A stretch of 64,000 nt of DNA from an uncultured virus (IMG/VR IMGVR_UViG_3300031951_000030) (Duplodnaviria > Heunggongvirae > Uroviricota > Caudoviricetes), in the IMG/VR virus record IMGVR_UViG_3300031951_000030; one strand, 5' to 3'. The translations under genes were made by a program, and so were the position numbers. The notes beneath the pieces are model-generated. The model searched no databases and was not told the DNA's origin. It was given only the letters and a program-made list of their open reading frames with translations. Below, piece after piece: positions 56,678-64,000 of this stretch (position 1 is the first letter of the stretch; every line of letters begins with the position of its first letter).

Positions 56678-59600
56678 TTATTCTACTTCCAAAATAGGTT
56701 CGGAAGAATCTCTACCAGTCTTATTTACTCTTAATGTATTTGGATTAGATGTAAATGTTTCAATAGGTGAACTTCCATCCAATGTAGTTGCCGAAGTATT
56801 TTTAGAACCTCTAAAGAAACTATTTTGCAATCCTCTTGTTAAATCGGATGTAAATTTATTATGTGTTGGTAAATAACCATCTACATTTTTTACTTCTATT
56901 ATATTACCTTTAACAGTGGGTACGGTAGAACCACTAAATGGTTGTATATTTAATTTTGTTTCAGTATATGTTTCAATATCCGAAACATAACCACCACGAG
57001 GGTCACCCAATCCGTTAGCCGAAGCAGTTATTGCAAATTTCTGTATAATTCTTTCTTTTTCTTCCGTAACCAATTGTACTCTAACTCTTTCTTTTACTAC
57101 TCTGTTATCCTTATTAAAATATGTTCTAATTGCGGAGCCACTCTGTGCATAAATACCAAACCCAATTGTTTCAAATTCAGTTTGTCCTATAATTTGATTT
57201 GAATTTGAACTAACAATTTCACTTACAATTGTAGGGTCTCCCAATTCTGCATCTATAGTAATTTCTTTTTGGTAATAATCCGAATTAAAAACAAAATTAG
57301 AATTCATATCAATAGTAGAATCCTGTTGATAGTTTTCGGCCAATAAATTATTTACCGATGCAGTTGAAATTAATGCTTCATACTGATTATTTTCTGCCGT
57401 TAAATTTTGTGATATATTGGCATCTATTAATGTTTCTTTTTGAATATCTTCAAATGAAATAACACTAGTATCAGATAATTTTATTTCAGTTTCTTTCTGA
57501 TAATCATCTGCAGTAGGTTTTTTGTGAACAACTTTACTTCTTTCTAAAAAGTGTGGTTCTATTAATAGACCAGTGGTTGCTTTAACCCTTGCAGGTAACA
57601 TTTTCTTTAAATCTTCAAACATAGATTTCTCATATAGTTTGATTAGATTTATATAAGAATAAATATCTCTATTATCAAATCTTTGGAAATAATAATTTCT
57701 TAAATTATCCAATGATTTGTAATTTGGTTTATAATCATCTGATGGGTCCCCAATATAATTATCGATATTCAATCCACCAAAAGTTTTGGCAATATCCATA
57801 TTCAACTCTTTTGTAGGAGAAAAGAATAAACCAACCCTGTTAGAATCGGTTGGAGATTGGTCAAATGCCTTTTTAGTTGCTCTACTTTTTATTGATAAAT
57901 CTACACCGACACTTCCGGATATTTTTTGATTAGTTAGAGTATATTGGTCTTCAAATCTAATCTTATTAGTTGAGAACCTACTCGCTCCACCATCTGGATA
58001 TTCCATCACAATCGTTCTATCAATTACTTCAAATTGGAATGGGTATTCACTTACAGATGGAAAACCAATTGCTGATGCGGATAATAATGGTGTAAGGTTT
58101 ACTGAATATAATGAAGCGGTAGTTCCGTTTTCATAATGATTTCTAGTCAAACCATTTTCAAAATAAATGTTAGTATCAACATTTATTAACGAAGATGTTT
58201 CTGCTAAATTTTTAGGATATTCAAAATCTAAACGGAAATATAAATCATCGGTTGAAGATGAAACACTATTTCCATTAATCATTTCAGGGAATGAAACGTG
58301 TTCGTAGAATTTTTCAGTATCCAATACTTCAGACCATAAACGAAATTCATCCACACTACCAATATAGTTTCCACCCAATTTAATCGTAGAACCATTATTC
58401 CAATTTGTATAATTAGAAGATGATATTGATTCTTGGAATATAGTTCTTTCTTTATCGGCTTGTCTTACATCTAATTTTAATCCAGCGGAACCACTACTTA
58501 CGGATATACCAAAAAACTTACCATTAAATATTGGTAATGTTGAAGTTTCTATTGATAGTGAACCACTATAATTAAATTTAACTTTACCATAATCACTATT
58601 TGTAGAACCACTTAAATTTACATTCCAACCACTACCACTTATTAAAGTATATTGGGATGATTCTAATGGTTTTACAAATAACTCAATCGTATTTGGTTTA
58701 AGACTAGAAGTATTATTTGTTTGTTTCCACTCCATCTCTATTGATGAAGTTAATGTCATATTAAGACCTGTAGTGATATTATCTAATACCAACTTACTTT
58801 TGGATGTATCACCTACTTCAGGACCTCCAAATTCTAAAATTGAAAGATTAGATGATGGAATTCCATAACATGCCATTAAAGCATGTATACCTCTTCTAGT
58901 ACCTTTATGTTTAAGTAAATATGGTAAGTTGTTTACAATTCTTCTCCAAACTTCGTTAGTTCTTTGTTTTGCTGGGTTTGATTCCCTATCATTACCTTCT
59001 TTATCTTTACCAAACACATAACTCCACAAATCAGCATCTGCTGCTAAATTTTTAGCGTCCCAACTAAATGATTTTAATGTATCAAAAAGTAATTTGTCAG
59101 AAATACCATCTTTCGATTTATATCCTAATCCCCTACTTTTTTCAATTGATTTGGTATGGAAATAGATATTATCAAAATGATGTCCAATCATTGAAAAGAA
59201 TAATAATAAACTTTCATTTTCATTATTATTAACAATGTATTGAGGTATATTGTTTAATACATAATTTGAATTATTGGCATCATATATATTTGCAAGTTCT
59301 TCTATATTACTGTACCAATTAGAAACTTCATTAGATGTACTCAATCTTCGAGTCGCTCCGTTATAAGGCCAACTTAAAGAAGATGATGTGTATAAGAATT
59401 TTTCAAATCCATCAAATCCGTTTACTAATTGATTTTTCTTTAATTGTTGTCTTTCTGCTTCCTGTATAGATGGTAACGAACCACTATGTGCCTGTGATGC
59501 GTTAGCTGCTGCTAAAGCAGTTTCATACACTTCAATGAGTTGAACTTTATAAACAAAATTAGCAATACGTTCATTTGCAGAACTAAAATGAACAAAATTT

Positions 59601-61654
59601 TCCCATAAATAAGTAGAACCAGATGAGTATTCGATATTTAATTCATCCGTAGTTATTAACGATGAACTTAAATATAGTGATATTAACTCATTAGAAGATG
59701 TAGAACTATCTAGTATTATATTATCTAATGATTCATAATTAGTAGATTGTCCTTTTACAAAATCTACATCAATTGTAAAATTAGGTCCTTTTATTGGTGG
59801 ACAACTTACATCATTATTTTCCGTTAATACAACCGTTTCAATTAAAGGATTACTCATTAATTTTGTAATCCAGAATGTTGAATTATTCTGTATATTAGCA
59901 GGTAATGGTGAATATAATTTTAATATAATTGAATTAACAACATCATTTGGAGCAACAAACGTATTACCTAAATTATCCGTAGATTTTTTAGATAATGTAA
60001 AATCATCGGTTTCCCATGATGAAATTATAATTTGTTCATCGTTTCCAAAATTAGCAAGGTGAGTTAAATACTTACTTTCTTTTGAAGGTTCATCAATTTT
60101 TAATTTTTCAGAAAAAGCATTAAATAAAGCGTTAGTAATTATATCTTCATTTAATGAAAGTGTTGGAAGTGTTAATTTTGTCAACACTTCGTATTCATTA
60201 CCAATTAACTCCTCTGCTCCACTTCGATTATATGGTTTTAGTATTAATGTTATATTGTCACTACCAACCCAATTTGGATAATTTTCTCTTAATTTTTTAA
60301 GATTAATTTTTATAGAACCGTTTGGTGGTTGATTACTTAATAATCCAATTTTACTGCCATCTTTTTGTTTTAACCAAACATCAACCGATGAAACTGCAAA
60401 AGAGGAATATGAAACTTCATAATCAATGTTAAAATCAGAAAATGATGGTACATCAATTGATTCTGCATATATAACCTCCGTAATAGCAGGGAAATCATTT
60501 ATTGCAGTAAATGTTACAATTGCTTCTACTCTAGTGCCTGTTCCGAATTTATTACTGGTTGGAACAAAAAATATCTTTTTAGAACCGTAAACCTCATTGA
60601 AATCTTTTTGAAAGAATAAGGTTACTTCTTTATCTGAAGCTGGAATTTCTAAAACTTTATCAGCTGAAAGATATACTAAAACAGAATCTGCAAATTCAGT
60701 ATTAAATGGAATTGCTATACTTTTTTCTGTATCAGAATCTTTTACGTTAACATTATATTGTATTTGATTTAATACTACTACAGGTGCTTCTGATTTAACT
60801 TCTTTTTCCGCTTCGATTACAACTCCTAATCCAGAATTTAGTAATGATGCTGGTAATTGGAATGCATAATTTTGTTTTGTTAATCTATCGTAATTAACTG
60901 AATCTGAACCAAATTGTTGAGTAGTTCCTGAATATATGTTTTTAATAAAAATGCCATCGGGTACATTACCTTTAATTTCAAAATTAACAACAGCACTATC
61001 TAAAACATTTTTAGGTATACTTCCAATCTGATTATTAGATAATTGCAATTCTCCATCTACACCTATGTTACCTTCAAATACAATTTGATATTTTAAACTT
61101 AAAGTAGTTAATTCTTTTATATTTGAATCAAACAAAATTTCATATCCAACCATCGGATTATCAACGGTTACCACATCTGCAGGAGGTGGAGGTGGAGTTT
61201 GTGTTCGTCTTGCTACTTCTGTTTTAAATCTTAAACTTATAGTTCCAAAATTGAAATTTTGAGTTTGTTGTTCTTCCCATACATCATCTATTAATGAGTA
61301 TTCAGTTACACCAATTCCTTCAACTATTTCATTTGCATATTGTAGTTGTTTGGTATTAATTATAAATTTAGATAATACTTTACCATTATCTAAATTTGCA
61401 GTATAAGTTTTGGGACCATTAAATTGTAAAGATGAATTATATACAATATCAACAGATTTACCATATCCAGTAGATACACCTTCTTCAAAAAACTCTAAAT
61501 CATTAGTTTCACTTACTAAATAAATTTTTAAACTAGAGGGAGGACTACTTGGTCTATATGTGGGGGCATTAAAAGGAGCCTCTCCATTGCTAGATGGGAT
61601 TCCTGCGTTATTAGTAAAATCAGGATAGGAGTATAGACCGTTTTGTTCTGCCAT
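56678..61654 (-). CDS. large baseplate wedge-like structural protein (1658 aa)
   Basis: NLPYLLKHKGTRRGIHALMACYG (baseplate KGT motif), a LamG-like segment (YIGSVDEFRLW), and KKMLPARVK. Confidence 0.68.
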   Translation of the reverse strand: MAEQNGLYSYPDFTNNAGIPSSNGEAPFNAPTYRPSSPPSSLKIYLVSETNDLEFFEEGVSTGYGKSVDIVYNSSLQFNGPKTYTANLDNGKVLSKFIINTKQLQYANEIVEGIGVTEYSLIDDVWEEQQTQNFNFGTISLRFKTEVARRTQTPPPPPADVVTVDNPMVGYEILFDSNIKELTTLSLKYQIVFEGNIGVDGELQLSNNQIGSIPKNVLDSAVVNFEIKGNVPDGIFIKNIYSGTTQQFGSDSVNYDRLTKQNYAFQLPASLLNSGLGVVIEAEKEVKSEAPVVVLNQIQYNVNVKDSDTEKSIAIPFNTEFADSVLVYLSADKVLEIPASDKEVTLFFQKDFNEVYGSKKIFFVPTSNKFGTGTRVEAIVTFTAINDFPAITEVIYAESIDVPSFSDFNIDYEVSYSSFAVSSVDVWLKQKDGSKIGLLSNQPPNGSIKINLKKLRENYPNWVGSDNITLILKPYNRSGAEELIGNEYEVLTKLTLPTLSLNEDIITNALFNAFSEKLKIDEPSKESKYLTHLANFGNDEQIIISSWETDDFTLSKKSTDNLGNTFVAPNDVVNSIILKLYSPLPANIQNNSTFWITKLMSNPLIETVVLTENNDVSCPPIKGPNFTIDVDFVKGQSTNYESLDNIILDSSTSSNELISLYLSSSLITTDELNIEYSSGSTYLWENFVHFSSANERIANFVYKVQLIEVYETALAAANASQAHSGSLPSIQEAERQQLKKNQLVNGFDGFEKFLYTSSSLSWPYNGATRRLSTSNEVSNWYSNIEELANIYDANNSNYVLNNIPQYIVNNNENESLLLFFSMIGHHFDNIYFHTKSIEKSRGLGYKSKDGISDKLLFDTLKSFSWDAKNLAADADLWSYVFGKDKEGNDRESNPAKQRTNEVWRRIVNNLPYLLKHKGTRRGIHALMACYGIPSSNLSILEFGGPEVGDTSKSKLVLDNITTGLNMTLTSSIEMEWKQTNNTSSLKPNTIELFVKPLESSQYTLISGSGWNVNLSGSTNSDYGKVKFNYSGSLSIETSTLPIFNGKFFGISVSSGSAGLKLDVRQADKERTIFQESISSSNYTNWNNGSTIKLGGNYIGSVDEFRLWSEVLDTEKFYEHVSFPEMINGNSVSSSTDDLYFRLDFEYPKNLAETSSLINVDTNIYFENGLTRNHYENGTTASLYSVNLTPLLSASAIGFPSVSEYPFQFEVIDRTIVMEYPDGGASRFSTNKIRFEDQYTLTNQKISGSVGVDLSIKSRATKKAFDQSPTDSNRVGLFFSPTKELNMDIAKTFGGLNIDNYIGDPSDDYKPNYKSLDNLRNYYFQRFDNRDIYSYINLIKLYEKSMFEDLKKMLPARVKATTGLLIEPHFLERSKVVHKKPTADDYQKETEIKLSDTSVISFEDIQKETLIDANISQNLTAENNQYEALISTASVNNLLAENYQQDSTIDMNSNFVFNSDYYQKEITIDAELGDPTIVSEIVSSNSNQIIGQTEFETIGFGIYAQSGSAIRTYFNKDNRVVKERVRVQLVTEEKERIIQKFAITASANGLGDPRGGYVSDIETYTETKLNIQPFSGSTVPTVKGNIIEVKNVDGYLPTHNKFTSDLTRGLQNSFFRGSKNTSATTLDGSSPIETFTSNPNTLRVNKTGRDSSEPILEVE

Positions 61655-61671
61655 CGATTACTTTTGTTTTA

Positions 61672-61680
61672 TATAAGTAT
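61672..61680 (-). promoter_or_regulatory. ATACTTATA variant of the upstream motif
   Basis: One mismatch; intergenic, 17 nt upstream of the ATG at 61654. Confidence 0.45.
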
Positions 61681-61687
61681 TTTAATA

Positions 61688-62992
61688 TTATTTTATTGCC
61701 CCACGAGGTCTTTTAGTTGTTACCAATCCAGCTGCTTCATCTCTAAACGAAATTTCACCAGGTGTGAACACATCAACAGTTCCTTCACCCATTGTTACAG
61801 TTTGTTCACCAGTTCCTCCGCCTGTTGTTACAACTGGTGGTTCAAAAACAGGCTCTGGCATTGTTACAGGAGCCTTCTCTTCTACTACAGGTATTTTCGG
61901 AGGAGGTTGTAATGCAGGTGGTTGTGGTGGTATAACTTCAACTGGTGTGGGTGGAGTTACATTTGAGATACCTTCAAATGATACTGCTACCAATTCTGGG
62001 GAATACACATTTCTTACAATTTCTACTTTAGTATCATAAGCTTCCACTAAATTTTGAATTTCTTTTTTAACTTCTTCTACTCCAAATTCAATAGGTAACT
62101 TTTCATATTTTACAACCCTTCTACTTAATGTTTTTATATTAAATGTTATAGAATTATTTAAAATATTTTTTATTTCATTTAATAAATAATTGAAATCATA
62201 TTGTTCACAATCATCAAATCGTTTCTCCGATGGAGAACCAAATGTAGATTGAGCAATATCATAATTTTTATTGTTTAACCAATAATTAACACTATCTCTG
62301 AAATCTGTAAATATTTTAGTTTTAAATGCATTAAAGTTACTTAATCCAAAATCTTTTTTAAGAACTGATTGAAAATCATTTCCAAATTTTGCTGTCAATG
62401 CATCATCTATAGATTGTAAAGATGTTCTTTCAAACGAATCCAATCCATCTAATATATTTTTTTTATAGTATTTAAAATCTCTATTTAGATTGTTTAAGTT
62501 TAAAAATTGTTTAGTATTAGTTGCGTTTATTTCAGGACTGTTAGTTTTTAATGGTATAATACGAAGTTCTGCTCTTGATGGGGATATTTCATGTATCCAA
62601 ACTCTTTCTAGTTCGTTTTCACTACCAATTCTACTACGAACAAAGTTTATATTAACTTTAAGGATTCCGTTTGTAAATCCTAAATCATTCAATAATTTTT
62701 CAATATTAATAGCAAGTTCTTTTTTACCTAATGTATTAGTAAGTGAATACATATATGAACCTATATTATTTTTTTTTATATATGCTACATTTTTTCCTGA
62801 TTTTTGGGGTAAGAGTATATTGTTAATATCATATACAGATACTTCCATTACATCATATTTACATTCACCAAATTCGGCTTCCTCTGTTTGATTTTTAGTA
62901 ACAATAAATAAATCTTCAGCAACGAGAAATTGTCCTTCATTGGTTGAATTTGAATTTATGCTATCAAAATTTGTATATTTTCTAATACTCAT
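61688..62992 (-). CDS. hypothetical, probably structural protein (434 aa, Pro-rich C-terminus)
   Basis: Long ORF in the baseplate cluster; IHEISPSRAELRI motif; Pro-rich tail. Confidence 0.65.
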   Translation of the reverse strand: MSIRKYTNFDSINSNSTNEGQFLVAEDLFIVTKNQTEEAEFGECKYDVMEVSVYDINNILLPQKSGKNVAYIKKNNIGSYMYSLTNTLGKKELAINIEKLLNDLGFTNGILKVNINFVRSRIGSENELERVWIHEISPSRAELRIIPLKTNSPEINATNTKQFLNLNNLNRDFKYYKKNILDGLDSFERTSLQSIDDALTAKFGNDFQSVLKKDFGLSNFNAFKTKIFTDFRDSVNYWLNNKNYDIAQSTFGSPSEKRFDDCEQYDFNYLLNEIKNILNNSITFNIKTLSRRVVKYEKLPIEFGVEEVKKEIQNLVEAYDTKVEIVRNVYSPELVAVSFEGISNVTPPTPVEVIPPQPPALQPPPKIPVVEEKAPVTMPEPVFEPPVVTTGGGTGEQTVTMGEGTVDVFTPGEISFRDEAAGLVTTKRPRGAIK

Positions 62993-63002
62993 AATTTATA
63001 TA

Positions 63003-64000
63003 TTAATACGAACCCGGATTTGCTTTTACAATATTACATGGGTATTCTTTAAATTCAGTTGTACCATCTTTTTTAGTTGCAATAACTTTTATAGTTCCTT
63101 TATATTCGGTAGTAGACCCCCAACCAATAAATTTGGATTCGGATTCAGCACTTTTTGGTACTGCGTTAGCTTTTATTTTAAATTCTATAGTTTCATTTCC
63201 ACCACCAGCTAAATCAAAATTATTCTTTGGTATAATTAACCAATTCCAATTGTTTGCCAATTTAACTTGAAATGTTATGTTTACAGGTTGAGTATCGTTG
63301 TTTGTTATAGCCAATTGACCACCTGCTTCCCATTTAGTTGCATTGTAATCTTTTGCATTAATTTTACCAGCTAATCCCTTTGTTATATCAGTTCTAGTTG
63401 TTGCGCCTGACCACTTAATGATTGTGGTTTTAACTAAAATATCACCACCACTTGCTAATGCGGTATTGGATGCAGATTGTTGTATGGCCTGTTGTTGTTG
63501 AACTGCTCCTAATTGAGATTGTAATCCTTCAATTATGGAATTCAACGAATCAATTTGTTTAATTAGGGCTTCAATTTGTGCTTTAAATCCTGCATTTTGA
63601 GATTGTAATGATGCTCTTAAAATGGATTCATCTACTGATTTTTGTACTGCAGATTGTATCTGTGTTGCAAATTGTTCAATCACTTTTGATAACGCATCCA
63701 ACTGATTAGCCAATATATCATTGGTTTGCTCTATTGCTAATCTTTTATTAGTTTCAGATAACACTTGTGATGTTAAAGTGTTGATTTCAGCATTTAAAAC
63801 TTCAATATCCGTTGTTAATTTTTGAACCTGTTTTCTTAAATCCGCATTAGTAAGAACTTCAGCGTCGTATAATGGTTTAGGTACTAAATCAAGATTTACT
63901 GTAGGGATATTTGGTTTTAATTCCTTAACTTCAGTATCAATTGCTTTTAAAAGTTCAACATCATCTAATTTAGATTTAACCAATGGTTTGAATATCAAAG
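63003..64000 (-). CDS. coiled-coil protein with a C-terminal Ig-like beta domain; probably begins beyond the right edge
   Basis: Frame open up to the window edge; long heptad-rich Q/L/I region followed by a beta-rich domain. Confidence 0.65.
   Translation of the reverse strand, partial: LIFKPLVKSKLDDVELLKAIDTEVKELKPNIPTVNLDLVPKPLYDAEVLTNADLRKQVQKLTTDIEVLNAEINTLTSQVLSETNKRLAIEQTNDILANQLDALSKVIEQFATQIQSAVQKSVDESILRASLQSQNAGFKAQIEALIKQIDSLNSIIEGLQSQLGAVQQQQAIQQSASNTALASGGDILVKTTIIKWSGATTRTDITKGLAGKINAKDYNATKWEAGGQLAITNNDTQPVNITFQVKLANNWNWLIIPKNNFDLAGGGNETIEFKIKANAVPKSAESESKFIGWGSTTEYKGTIKVIATKKDGTTEFKEYPCNIVKANPGSY

Noticed and set aside
879..63212. The many + strand ORFs of 60-183 aa in the ORF track
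   Set aside because: They lie antisense to long, motif-bearing minus-strand genes, have Ser/Phe/Leu-rich shadow composition and show no motifs. Only 47818..47991, which is not in the track, is credible on the + strand.
1..64000. Stop-codon reassignment (TAG/TGA recoding), as seen in some large phages
   Set aside because: Core genes (terminase, portal, Mre11-Rad50) are full length in the standard code with dense packing, and TGA is used as a stop in ATGA overlaps.
1..64000. CRISPR array, tRNA/rRNA genes, introns/inteins, integrase or transposase
   Set aside because: Intergenic gaps are short and AT-rich with no repeat-spacer pattern or cloverleaf that I could see. Terminase, portal and primase are of normal length. 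This is a visual check only; tRNAscan-SE/Infernal were not run.

Overview
This window is a 64-kb, strongly AT-rich piece of a large, distantly T4-like tailed dsDNA phage genome. Almost all genes are on the minus strand and read in the standard genetic code. The host is probably Bacteroidota, judged from TTG-N20-TAnnTTTG-type promoters and A-rich leaders that mostly lack Shine-Dalgarno sites. Left to right there are five regions. (1) 1-15.4 kb is a head/packaging module: gp21-like prohead protease, gp20-like portal, gp17-like terminase, and several modular proteins punctuated by [ILV]-x-E motifs. One of these is a 1731-aa polyprotein with an HxGH nucleotidyltransferase, an HExxH motif and a KxDG ligase-fold domain. 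(2) 15.4-41.7 kb is a ~26-kb glycan biosynthesis/modification island: 3 NDP-sugar epimerase/reductases, RmlC, a split TPP enzyme, 3 radical SAM enzymes, 3 GT7 glycosyltransferases with an inserted LamG domain, 4 GT10-like paralogs, 3 SGNH-like proteins, GT2-like and GT4-like enzymes, a methyltransferase, and a HAD + PRTase-like pair. (3) 41.7-47.7 kb holds a long tail fibre with a C-terminal S74 chaperone. (4) 47.8-53.2 kb holds an unlisted + strand RHH regulator, a 2OG-Fe(II) oxygenase, a fused Mre11-Rad50 (gp47-gp46) gene, a primase and an endonuclease I-like resolvase. (5) 53.2-64 kb encodes tail/baseplate proteins. The best candidates for new biology are: a virion-glycosylation system paired with recurrent [S/T]GS motifs in tail proteins; protease-processed head cargo polyproteins; a probable -1 frameshift at A_AAA_AAG (~1351-1357); and an ATATTTATA upstream motif that is the reverse complement of the T4 late promoter. 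All calls come from motif reading by eye, with no database searches. I saw no tRNA, rRNA or CRISPR array.
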